Part shown: positions 11,266 to 25,434 of the stretch, in pieces
How the letters are laid out: the number at the start of each line of letters is the position of its first letter
How positions within the stretch are numbered: position 1 is the stretch's first letter
Assembly (NCBI RefSeq): GCF_009914755.1
Contig: NC_060934.1
Source: the human T2T-CHM13v2.0 reference genome, Homo sapiens
Length of the DNA: 64,000 nucleotides
Direction: 5' to 3' (one strand)
The notes under the pieces: generated by a model
Told to the model about the DNA's origin: nothing
Database searches by the model: none
What the model saw: the letters and a program-made list of their open reading frames with translations, nothing else
Made by a program: the position numbers and the translations under genes

Positions 11266-12921
11266 TGACACTTTGTTCAAAGCTACCTTCGTTTTGCTTA
11301 AAGCTGTTTTTGCCCAGAAGACCAGCAGCAGCCACACCATCAAGACCCATTTTTTCCTACTTCTTCATTTACAGACCTATAAATGATTCTAGAGCTGTAC
11401 TTCCACTTTGGCAAAAGTATAGCTAAGACAGAAGGGATGGTGACACAGCATCGCTTTCTCTATCACTAGACTGATATGCATTAAATTACACTGACAAGAC
11501 AGATGCCCTGGGAGCAAAGGACCAGTGTGTAGAGAGAGAGAAAAACAAAAGTAGCAATCAAAGTACAGGTGAAGACAGTTCCTCATTTTAGAGCTTTTTC
11601 CTGCCCATATATTGGAATACTTATTTGACCATAAGAAGTTATTTGTCTTCACATCAGTTTGTTTTGTCCAAAGTACCTGAACATCAATGTAAGAAAGCAC
11701 AGAATTCCAGAGAGACAGACAAAGTGGCCTCTTATGAACACTTTGATCTGTTTTTTTTTTTTCCTGTTAAATTGTTGTAAGAGAACTCCCCAAATCAAGT
11801 TTCAAGCTAATTGCTTTTAAGTCCTTGTAAATGCTCAAAACAAAGAAACATCTTTGCCGTTTGGTCAGTGACGAGGAATAGACTGAGTTCTTACTCGATG
11901 AGTTTTTATTTCCATTGGAAATTGCAGGCATAATGCATTTTAAGTAGACAGCTCTAATTCCTGGTTGTTAATGAAGACAATCTTTAGAATCAGGTTGGCA
12001 GAGTCCAGGATCAGGATCACAGGGATAAGGACATAGAGAGGAAAGAAGAAGTAGAGATAATAAGCAGGTAATAAGGAGGAATGATGTCAGGAGCAACAGA
12101 TATCAAAATCAGAAGGGTTGGGGATGCTGAAGGCTCTAAATTGGATCAAGGCAGATAATCGTCACTGAGAATTCCTAGCATCTCCCAGACCTGCTTGGTC
12201 CTGGCAATATCTGCTCGAAGGTGGTTCCCGCAGCGTCAAAGTTTTACTGAAGCAGTTCATTGAAGGGAACTCTCACATGCACACTGTGGATTTTGTTTCC
12301 ATATTTAAGGGAAGGGGCAAGGAGAGGGGAAAAAAGGCTTCAGGACTTTAGTTCCTTTGCTTTTTGCAGTCTAAGCACATTAGCTCCATACAAAGTGTAA
12401 AATTCTTCTGTTTCAGAATGAATGGATGCTATTTTATCACCTTCCAGCTCCATCCCACAGGTGTGAGTCCAGAGTTATTTTGTTTTCTCATTGATAAATG
12501 TTGTAAAGGAGGTTCCCTAGAGATGGGAGAAAATGAAAAGCATTTCACTGACTTGCTGAAGAGTGAAGGAAATCCAAACAGATTCTGATTCTGGCTATGG
12601 AGCCAATGTTATAAATGAAAGGAGCCATTTTACAAGGCAGCTTTTTCCCTCCCAGTGACAGGGCATATCAACCGCTAAGAAGTCTTCAGGGCCATTGCCT
12701 GGATCAGGGCCTCTGTGCTGATGGTGGTAGTGGGGCCCTCTGATATTGGCTTGGGAGCTATAGCAGCTGCCTGAGAAGAAGCTGCAACTTGGAATAGACT
12801 TGGAAGCCCCCAACACACTTGCTTCTGCAATTTATCCTGAGCCTATGTCAGGTGATTTCGCAGTCCTCAATTATAGCTTTGAGAGGCTACAGGGTAGGTT
12901 GTGCAGTGGATATACAGGGAT

Positions 12922-12947
12922 GTGTGTGTGTGTGTGTGTGTATGTGT
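12922..12947 (+). repeat. (TG)n microsatellite
   Basis: Read directly from the sequence. Confidence 0.9.
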
Positions 12948-13008
12948 AAGCTGGTTTCTGAGGCCGACCCATGCTACTAGACAGAATTGCTTGACCCATA
13001 TTCATCTA

Positions 13009-15658
<2,650 letters not shown>

Positions 15659-16324
15659 TTCTATGGCCTTAGGGTTGTGCATATAACTCTAGAATGTCAT
15701 TATCTGCTCAAAATAAGAAGGAGAGTTGTTAAGCTATGCGGGAACAGGGGAAAATATAAAACTAAGTATACTTTACTTAAGTATACCTATATAGCTTATG
15801 GGATGAGTATACTCAAAAGTTTTAAGTTGCAACCATGTTGGCATTACTGGGCATTTTGTATATCTTGAGATTTAAGGGGTCCCAAGAAAAGCTCCTTCCC
15901 CAAACTTCTCCACCAGGGCTCCATAAAATTCTTACATCCTGCACTTCCTTGCAGAAGGGCAGAGATCCTTGATTAAGAGATGCAAGTTTACCAGTGTGTA
16001 CTTTGTAGCTTACATGGCAGCTCTCCAAGCTGATTACCAGCAATATCTTCATTGCTGCACCATATCTCCTGGTTGAAAATGACAGGGGCAGGTCATGCAG
16101 GAACAGCATTGCCCTCTCTTTCACTTATATTGACCAGCTCCCTGTGAGCACCATTCCTTCAGGTTTCAATGAAATGAAAAGAAGCTTCTCCCACACTAGA
16201 AGGTTAGGGTACCCTGAGTTCAAGTATGTAGGTCACCTGCTAACTTGGAGTTTGGTACAAGACAGCTAAATCTTAGCATTCTTTCACATATTAGTGTAAA
16301 TTTAGAAGGGACTTGACATAGGAG

Positions 16325-16545
16325 CAAGTAGACCTAGATTTGGACTGAAAAGGCCTGAATTTGAATCTCAGCTTTTCGTGTCATAGCTGTATGATGTGTG
16401 GCAAGTTACATAGCTTGTTTGAGGCTCATTTTCTTCATCTGTAAAAGTAGAGTCATAATATTTATCTTGCAGCATTGCTCTAAGGATGGAATGACATCTG
16501 CAGTTATGCTTGGTACTTAGTAGGGAGTTAATCTATGTTTATCTA
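16325..16545 (+). mobile_element. MIR
   Basis: CCTGAATTTGAATCTCAGCT...GGCAAGTTAC...CTCATTTTCTTCATCTGTAAAA. Confidence 0.7.
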
Positions 16546-18579
16546 CTAAATAGATCATTACTTTATACTTTTCAAAATGCTTTTATATATATTATCCATT
16601 TGTTCTTCTAATACCCCAGTAAGGTAGACAAGGGTAATTAGGGCAGAACCAGGAGTAGAACCAAGAATTTCTGACTCCCAGTAGTAGCTCTGGTGCTTCC
16701 CAATAGTGTAAATTTAAAGGGAACAATGGAATAGCACATTCATCTACTTCGTTTGGACTTCAATGAGTTAGATTGAAACTGTCAGAGGGTGGTGAATGGA
16801 CTTGTCATTTGAATAAAACACTCAGCTGTCTCTCCCTGTTTGGGAAATCAGTTTATTTGCTCCCAGGTATTGTGCTGTGTCTTATTGCAATTCAAAAAGT
16901 TTATTTCGGAACCTTAACACAGAAAGTTTTCCCCTTACAAGTCCCTAGAGGCCATCTGAAGAACCTAAGCAGTATGATTTGAAGTTCATGCTGTCCCTCT
17001 GAAGCAGCTGACACAGTAAGTGACTTACACATTGCCAGGTCATCTGGATTAGTTCACAGGTTTTCTTCAATCCCAAGATGGATGCATTTTTTTGTAGTTG
17101 ATGTGCATTTGGAACAGTTCCTTTGAAAGGATGCTGGTCCTCTTCCTCAGTCCAGGAGGTTCAGAGATATACAGTTGCCTGGCTCCAATATGAATGGTTG
17201 TCCTTGCTAAAAATGGTTGTTCTCTTCCAATGCCAGAAGAGGTAGCCGGGAATAATGCTACTCTGTTTGTGATGTCTTATATGGGAGAAGCATACTCGTC
17301 CCAGGGAAAGTGCTCTTCTATTTTTGGATTCTAAGAATTTACGTTGAGTTCATGTGAGCACATGTGCATAAATTAATATGCCTTTGAATCCAGCTTTTGG
17401 GATATTTAGTTAATTGGAAATGAGGATTTCTCAGATAATGGCATAATGGCATCTCAAAAAAAGTTTAGTTTTGGTTTCTAAAGAGATTTTTATTTTAAAG
17501 ACCACCTAGTAAAAGATCTCAACGTAAAATTTTGTTGTTCTCTTTAAATGGCTCTAAATAGTGCTGGAAGTGTTTAACTTGTTTCAAAGATTCTAATTTG
17601 AGCCTCAGACAGCTGCAGTGGTTATTAATATGAGCACAATGGTTGACATTTTGACAACAGCCCCTAGTTTTCGTTTACTGCTTTCATACTAAATGTCCCT
17701 TTTGTGCACAGGGCGTAAAAACCATGGTCAGATGACTGACTTGGGAGACACGCCTGCACACTGATCAGCATCTGAGAGCCTTTTTTTTTTTCTTTTAAGA
17801 GAGTGATACTCTTTTAATAGAAAAATTGGTAGATTGCTTATTAGATTATAAATATTTAACACGCTATTAGTCTTTCTCCAGTGTAGTGAAAATTTAAGGA
17901 GAAGAAACTTATTAATAAAATTAGTGAGGAGTGGTGTGTTCTTAATGCATATTTACACTAAGTAAATTGGCATCTAAAAGTGTCATGGGAGATTGGCCTA
18001 CAATTAGAACAAATAAGCAGTTCTTTGTCATTCAACTGAAACATTATTTAGAGGTGAACATTTTCAGTCAAAGTTATTTTTGCCTGCTTATTCTTTGTAA
18101 TTTTCCAGAAACTAATGTTCTCTAAATGAAAAACAACAGAAAAAAAAATCCGATGGCATATTCTTTTCTTAGCTGTTTTTTTGAGTCTGTGCTGGATTCA
18201 TGTGTATTTATATTTGGTCTGTGCATTTTTCTTGCAGAGCACCATTTTGCTTGGTTGAACTTTGTTTTATAAGTGTACAAAGGCTTAAATCATCCTGTGG
18301 GCATCTCTGCATGTGTCACATTCACCAGGCAACTTGTCTAACTCTGTGAATATGTTTCTTTTGAAGGACTTGGCTGATTCATTGTTTGAAGAAAAGCAAA
18401 TAAACAACTTAAATACTGAAAAATGTATGAGTTAATATCTCTGACCTGGGCTGAGCCAAAGGCAGAATTATAAAGTATAAGCATTTCCCTATAGAGTGTG
18501 CTTTCACAATTCAAACTGACCATTTTACAAATTAATGATAATGAGATTGATGAATTAGGAAACACACCTTGCATCAACC

Positions 18580-18910
18580 AGCCTATCTTCCCTCCCAGAA
18601 GATAAGCTCCTGACGGTCACAGACTATCTCTGATTTTTTTTCATTTTGAATTTTCTGTGTCTGGTCCAGTGTCTGTCACATGAATGAATGAATGAATTCT
18701 TATAGGACTTAAATACTTATATACAGCTTAAATATGAGTTGTTTAATTTAATCCTCACTACTAATATGTAATGTGGATATTCTTATTATCGTCATTTTAC
18801 AAATAAAGAAATTTAAGTTCAGGTTGCAATGATTACGCAATGTTATCCAGCTAGGGAAGAGCAAAGGAGAATCATTAACCTTTATCTTTTCACTCCAAAG
18901 TCCAGACTTC
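18580..18910. mobile_element. L2 3' end (+) followed by MIR (-)
   Basis: ATAAGCTCCTGA...(TGAA)n tail, then TTTAATCCTCAC...CATTTTACAAATAAAGAAA. Confidence 0.6.
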
Positions 18911-18922
18911 TAAATCTGATTT

Positions 18923-19071
18923 CTGTCACACAGCTCCTGGATTCTGCCATTGTAGCTTGAAAATAGCCACAGAGTGCATATAAACAAATGGGCACGTATG
19001 TATTCCAGTGAAACTTGATTTATACCACAGGTGGGCCTGATTTGGCACACTGGCTGTAGTTTTCAGTCCTT
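18923..19071 (+). mobile_element. MER58A fragment (hAT-Charlie)
   Basis: CTGCCATTGTAGC..AAAATAGCCACAGA...TAAACAAATGGGCA...TTCCAGTGAAACTT...GATTTGGC...GGCTGTAGTTT. Confidence 0.7.
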
Positions 19072-20284
19072 AATATAAGTTCTAGTCCAGGCTATATTAT
19101 TAAAAATGGCAATAATAAGATAATAAAAATACCAATAGCTAACACTTATTAAGCGATTCAGGAAATATATTTGCTTCCTCCAACTTATCTCATTTAATAA
19201 ACCGAATCACAGAATAGTTATGTCACTCAAGGTCATTGAGCTATTGCTTGTAAAGTTAGATTTAAGCCCAGGTCTGCTGACTTAGGCATTCCCTCGAGGC
19301 CTTAGAATTATGACAGGAAACTCCTGCTGTCACCAAAATCGGACAACAGAGCTGCAGGATCTAAAATAAGTGACTTTGGGTGGGTGGACCCTTGTTATAG
19401 TTAGTCATTCCGTCATCTTTGATGACATGAAATCCAGAAAAATGGGGAAACATGACCCTTGTGTTCCCACAGGTTGGAGCGTGGGGATGTTAGCTGCCTA
19501 GTACAAGCCCATCACTGCATGATGTACCCTCAATGACACAGGACTCTGGAGACAGGAGGCTCTGGGGGGAAGTCTGTTGCCCCTCTTGGCATTTATACCT
19601 GCTCTCTCTAGGCCATTATTGCTTTCTAATATGCAATGTAAATATTTTCCTGCTTTTGAATCTCTAATAAAGAATGTATTTAAATAGAATTATGCAAAAA
19701 TCACACAAGCCAGAGTTACAAACATTATATCAGACAGAATAAGATACCATTTCCATCTCATTCTGCCTCACCTTCAGGGAGTGTATGTTTGGTGCCAGCA
19801 ACAATCCCATTCAGCAGGCAAGGCAAGCAGGCAGAGTTTTTCTGGACTGGTCATGTGTATTACCCTCATGGTGCTTCAGAAGGATGCTGTCACTGAGGCT
19901 ACAGTACTAGAATCCTGGCCTCAGGAATGTGGCTTGGTGGCAAAGTGATCATTTTAGACAGGCATGACTGATTTTTTCAATGAAATAATGGTCTGTATTC
20001 AAAGCTTCCCTTAACATAGAGAAAGTATACAGATTAATTTCCAACATTACAAGAATCAAATCAGCTTCCTCTGATTTTCTTCCATTGGCAAACCTTGTTG
20101 CTTGCTCCACAGACTCCATAGGGAAGACAACATCCTGAGACCTTAGGATCTTCAGGTTGCCTTCATTGCTGTTGGGATAAGCCATAGCTGTGTAAAATAT
20201 GGTACTATGAGAAGGGGGAGAAAGTGAAAGAAAGATAAGGAAGGATGAGCAAAATAACACCTTTGACTAGTTTATAAAAAGAAG

Positions 20285-20476
20285 TGGTGGGGAGAGGGGA
20301 AAATTGGAGCTGGTATTCAATGGTATAGAGTTTCAGTTTTGCAAGATGAAACGTTCTAGAGATCTGTTGCACGACAATGCTAATATATTGCTATTTAACA
20401 ATACTGAACTGTACACTTAAAAATGGTTAAGATGGTAAATTTTATGTTGTGTGTTCTTTACCACAATTTCAAAAAA
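20285..20476 (+). mobile_element. L1MB3-like 3' terminus
   Basis: AATGGTATAGAGTTTCAGTTTTGCAAGATGAA...ACTGAACTGTACACTTAAAAATGGTTAAGATGGTAAATTTTATGTT...ACCACAAT. Confidence 0.85.
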
Positions 20477-20499
20477 GAAGACTAAGAAGTGTTCAAATG

Positions 20500-20670
20500 C
20501 CAGTTTCATGACTATCTGTGTGAGACTGAGGATACTTAGGAGCCTAGTTTTCCTCACTGGTAAAATCGGGGTTATGATTCCTAACTCATTACATAAGGTT
20601 AAATGAGATGTAGTACATACAGTGTCAACAGTACTTCCTACTAGTAGAATCTCAATAAAAGCTAGTGCTC
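20500..20670 (+). mobile_element. MIR
   Basis: AGTTTTCCTCACTGGTAAAATCGGG...AAGGTTAAATGAGAT...CTCAATAAA. Confidence 0.65.
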
Positions 20671-21018
20671 TTTTCCCTATCACTCTTCCCCAACACTTTG
20701 CCCATTGCTTAGGTAGCAGATTTTATCTTCTTATGGGATATTTTTCCAGGAAGATTAAAAATACTCTGGGTAGTACCTAGTTCTGGGTGCTGAGAGGAGT
20801 AGTGACGGAATGTCAAGAGTGCCCCCATGTAGGCTTCTGGGTGAGGAGACAAGAAAGGAAGTGTGTGAGCATACAGTAACATACACACACAATCACACAC
20901 TCACACAAATCAATTAAGCAGAGTGCAAGACAGGTACATTAACAATTACTAAACCCAGAACCTTAGACAATCAGTACTCCAGATGTTTACAGAAGTGAGA
21001 GAGCAGAGTAAGCTGGAT

Positions 21019-21140
21019 CAGTGCTTTTCAAACTTGAAAGTGCAATCAAATTCCCTGGGGAGCTTGTTAGAATGCAGATTCTGATTTCGTAGATCTGGGG
21101 GTGGGGCCCGAGATTCTGTATTTCTAATAGGTTTCTGGTC
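21019..21140. mobile_element. MER5A-type fragment
   Basis: CAGTGCTTTTCAAACTT...CCTGGGGAGCTTGTTAGAATGCAGATTCTGATT...GGGGCCCGAGATTCTGTATTTCTAA. Confidence 0.75.
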
Positions 21141-21144
21141 TACT

Positions 21145-21570
21145 TTGTTTATTCATGCATTTATGAATTCACTATTGACTCTGTCATGTGCCATGTATTT
21201 TACTATAAAGGAGGAATAAAACAATGATGAAAATATAGCCTTTCTTTCAAAAAAGATAACAGACAGGTAAAGTAAAGATTAAAATACAGAATGGTAAGTG
21301 GTAGAAATATTCCCAGGGTTCTATCGGAGCCCAGAGGCATGAGATACAGATTGAATGCTTCATGACGACTGGATAGGAGTTTAAGGGCAGTTCAATAGCA
21401 TGCCCTTCAATAGGATGGGAGTGTTCAATAGCATTTTTAAGATTGTCGTGATAGGACCAAAGCAAAGGGTCTGGGAAGAAGAGTGGAGAGAGAGAAAGAG
21501 CTGGACAGTGGTCAGCGGCCAAGTTGTAAAGATTCTTGTGTGCCAAGCCAAGGTGTTGACACAACATTCT
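21145..21570 (-). mobile_element. L2 fragment
   Basis: TTTATTCATGCATTTATGAA...TGTGCCA terminus followed by degenerate antisense L2 body. Confidence 0.5.
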
Positions 21571-22617
21571 GAAAGCTAAAGTGACCTGTGCAAGGAAATC
21601 CAGAGGGAGCTCAGAGGGTCCCATCTCAAGATGGTGTGTTCTCAGCCTTGATCTTTCTATAAGTGACTATACCAGCTCCTGTCTAGGACCTAAGCTCTTG
21701 ACAATGTTTTACCTGATTGAGTGTCCACCTCTTTCTTCTACCCCAAACATGTGAGCCACATTTCTTCTACTCTATGGTTTTCTTTAGAAGAGGTTAGTAA
21801 TGCACAATGAAACAAAACTAATTTGTCCAAAGCAGAGCCCTTCAGAAGTTAAGAGAAGTTCCAGCAACCTTGAGTATTCGAGTCTCCTGGTTTATTTAAA
21901 AAATAAAACAGGCCAGAATAAAGTGATGACATTTACAGAATATTTTAAATATTTTCATTAAATAAATGAAAACTTTTGTCACAGTAAGTATGTTGCAAGA
22001 GAGTGTTATTTTAAAGATAATTATCATTTTATAAACATTAAAGTACATTAGAACCAGAATGGGGCATAAGATTAATGCCTGCTTTTAATTCTGTATCTTC
22101 GTGGTTTTATATATATAACCTAATTTGAAAGCAAGAAAAGTGAAAAGGTGAAGACTTTTGTAAATGTGAGGCTGGCTGTAACCGTCTCTGCCCCTTTTCT
22201 CCCTCCCTACCTACCTAACAGTCCCTGATCTAGGAATTTTGGAGATTCTGTTTTTCTTTTCTAATTATTGGAGAAAGCACTACAATGCACAGAGCACTAG
22301 ATTTCATAGAGAAAAGCAATTGAAGGGTAGGCAAGGTGACCAAGTACCAAATATCAGTGACTTTTAAAGACCACCTTGAGAGCCAAAGAACCCGCTGTGT
22401 TGCTCCAACCTGATGCCAACATGGACACATGCAGCAGAATGACAAAAACCACCGCAGAGGAAACAGGCATGTCAGCAAGTAAGAGACAGACTGGCGAGTC
22501 CTCTATTATCACCCCTCTTTTTTTTGTTGGCTTAGTGGAAGATTTCCTGATTTGAAAAGACAAGTTTATTTTTGAGACAATGAAACACAAATGAATGTGC
22601 AAAGAAAAGGCATATCT

Positions 22618-22899
22618 GGCTAGGCACGGTGGCTCACGCCTATAATTCCAGCACTTTGGGAGGCTGAGGTGGGCGGATTATGAGCTCAAGAGATCAAGAC
22701 CATCCTGGCCAACATGGTGAAACCCCATCTTTACTAAAAATACAAAAATTAGCTGGGCGTGGTGGCGCATGCCTGTAGTCCCAGCTACTCATGAGGCTGA
22801 GGCAGGAGAATCACTTGAACCCGGGAGGCGGAGGTTGCATGCAATGAGCCGAGATTGCACCACTGTACTCCAGCCTGGCGACAGAACGAGACTCCGTCT

Positions 22900-22940
<41 letters not shown>
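22618..22940 (+). mobile_element. AluSc with a pure A38 tail
   Basis: TCAAGAGATCAAGACCATCCTGGCC and CCTGGCGACAGA; TSD AAAGAAAAGGGCATATCT/AAAGAAAAAAGCATATCT. Confidence 0.95.
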
Positions 22941-23373
22941 AAAGAAAAAAGCATATCTGCCAGCCAAGAATCAGTTTTCAGCTTAAAACACAATAATACA
23001 GACCAAATTTAGCTCCTGTTCCCTGAACCAGTGGCAAAAGCAGCTAGTGCACGTGCCCAGGAAGCCACATGCAGCATGTTTATCCCACTATCCAGCTCTG
23101 TGGTGCTTTACTGGTTCTACACGTTAGGATTACAGATCCTTGTAGGAATAGCTTCTGCGCTTTAATGATTTCTTAAGAAAAAATAAAACAAGATCTAGAT
23201 CATAGACTCCCATCAGAGAGCTTACTGGGAGAAAGAGCTGTATCGTGAATTATGAAGATTAAAGGGGCATCCAACAAGGGGAAAAATTAAACTATTATCT
23301 CGTTACTTTGGTAAATTAAAATTGCCAGGCCTAGGCAAAGATCTGACTGGCCAGAGTGAATTTTGGAGTTAAA

Positions 23374-23428
23374 TTTTATGGTTATGTCTTTTAAAAGCCA
23401 TGTAAATCAGCAAGCGTAAAGCTGACAG
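23374..23428. promoter_or_regulatory. HOX/PBX/MEIS motif cluster
   Basis: TTTTATGG (23374-23381), GTAAATCA = TGATTTAC on minus (23402-23409), CGTAAA (23415-23420), TGACAG (23423-23428). Motif matches only. Confidence 0.45.
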
Positions 23429-23447
23429 GACCTTGCAGGCTTCAGCA

Positions 23448-23462
23448 AGAACACACTGTCCC
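23448..23462. promoter_or_regulatory. Androgen/glucocorticoid/progesterone response element (IR3)
   Basis: AGAACA-CAC-TGTCCC versus consensus AGAACAnnnTGTTCT; the ACA-nnn-TGT core and flanking G/C are intact. Confidence 0.65.
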
Positions 23463-23469
23463 TCTCATT

Positions 23470-23479
23470 TATTTAAAAG
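23470..23479 (+). promoter_or_regulatory. TATA-like box
   Basis: TATTTAAAAG, 7 bp downstream of the ARE and about 30 bp upstream of CA initiator-like dinucleotides. Confidence 0.45.
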
Positions 23480-24068
23480 AATGCTGCCCCTGCTCAAAGG
23501 CCTGCAGTGAGCCATGCCAATGTGGTTTGGCTGGACTGTGAGTGCTTGATGCAGTCTGATAGGAGGATGGGGGTGGCGCAGAGAACATTGAAATCAGAAA
23601 GGATTCTGCTCTGTAGAGACAAAGGAAACACAGAGACATAGACATGGATCTGGGAAATACACCTTTTGCTACTCGTTCAGTTTTAGCAAGGAGGTTTCTT
23701 GCATGGCTAAGCAAAACTTAAACTTCCTCTGAGAATTACAGGAATTACAGGACCTGACAAAGCTATGAAGATTAAAGTAAGTTAAATTGACTACTTTGAC
23801 CAGTCTATGATTAAATGCCCTATATAGGATGTAGAGACAGGTGTCTGGTTCAGAAGAGGAAGGGAAGATTGGAAACTGGTTGGAGTAAGAACTGAGCCTG
23901 TGGACTATGAGAATGTCAGAGCAGAAAGGGCTTTAGAGTGAATCTGGATACCCTCATTTATATAGATGTGGCAATGGAAGGAGACCCCAGGTGATTTTCT
24001 TAGGGTCACACGGTGATACCTTGTTGTGATGAATATATACAGCTAGTAGAACTTTTGATTAATGTGAG

Positions 24069-24583
24069 TGCGGCAGATTTATTGCAACAGGGGCTCCAAT
24101 TCTTTTCTTCTCTCTATCCAAGCACCATGGGATGTAACTTTGTAGCTCCTCCCATCAAGAAGTCTACTCAAGAGGTCTCATTGAGGTCTACTTCCTGTAC
24201 CTCCAAACCTGGGTTGGCTTTGAGACTTGCTTTGGTTAGTAGAATGCAGCAGATGTGATGCTATGCAGTCCCAGGCCTACGCCTCAAAAGCTGTGCTTGC
24301 TTCTGCTCCTTCTCTTGACCTTTGCCTCTATTAGCCCTGACTAGCCTGCTGAAGGGACAGAGACCACAGGCACAGAGCTGAGGTGTGCCAGCTGAGGCCA
24401 TCTGAAACATGGGAGAGAGAGATGGCTATGGTCAAAGAAATGCTCAGCCAGGCCTGACCAAGATCAACAGAACCCACCAGCTAACTGTGAATGTGAGAAC
24501 AGTAAGAATGGCTGCTGTTTTAAGCCTCTTAAGTTTTGGAGGTGGTTGTTTGCAACATTCTTGTGGCAACACTTGGCTAGTCA
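24069..24583 (+). mobile_element. MLT1 (H/I-like) LTR in the predicted intron
   Basis: GCTCCTCCCATCAAGA, GACTTGCTTTGG..AGTAGAATGCAGCAGATGTGA and TGTTTTAAGCC.CT.AAGTTTTGG.GGTGGTTGT. Confidence 0.8.
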
Positions 24584-24874
24584 GTGGTGCTATAATGAGA
24601 GGTTGGTCACTGAGAGGAGAAAGAGGGAGCAGGATAATCCCTGGCATGGTAGGTCTTGCAGTTTCCATCATGGAGTATGGTGGCCAATTTAAGAAAGAAA
24701 CTGTCCTGGAAACAGATCCCAGAAAAATCTCCTCACTGTGATTGTGGCATTGTGCTGTCTAAATGCCAGACAATCCTGAAGGGTTTGTATCATCACTTCC
24801 TAAATTAGAAATGATCCTAGGGCTCTTCCAATTCTGATTTTATAGAAAAGGAAGCAGAGGCTGCGCAGTGTTAA

Positions 24875-25045
24875 GGCAAGACTAGCTGCTTAAGTTAATG
24901 GGCCCAACACAAAACAAAACTGTGGAGTCCCTTGTTAAAAAATTACTAAGATGGTGACAGCAGGGCCTTAAACTAAGCACAAAGCCCTTTTAAGTATGGG
25001 ACTCTGTGAGACCGCACAGATCTTATGCCCATGAAGCTGACCCAG
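24875..25045 (-). mobile_element. MER45A (hAT-Tip100)
   Basis: Reverse complement matches GCTTCATGGGC..CTGTGC.GTC.CACAG...GCTTAGTTTAA...CTGCTGTCACCATCTT...AACAAGGG. Confidence 0.75.
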
Positions 25046-25434
25046 ATTTAGGCAATTTGTCCAAGGACATCACTTCGGAAGATTCATCCATCAGGCTATT
25101 CTTTACCCAAAAATGTAACTTGGTATATTTGTTAACTGCTAGTTCAAGAAGCAGGGCAGGAACCTAAGGCCTCTAGTTCCCACTCCAGTGATTCTTCTTT
25201 TTTTTTGTTTTTGACAGACCTATAGGAAGAAAATCTGAACCAGAAACAGTATGGCAGAATTGGGATCTGACTCACAGAGGGAAGAACTTATAATTCTTCA
25301 CAGGTCACATAGAAGCATGAGAATTTGGGTTCAAGCAAGTAAATTCTAAATCAGAATCCATACATAAAGTGTTTGCAATGTCCAGTTATATCTCCATGAT
25401 ATTTTCTTTGTGGAAGTTGATTGTTCTTCCTTAC

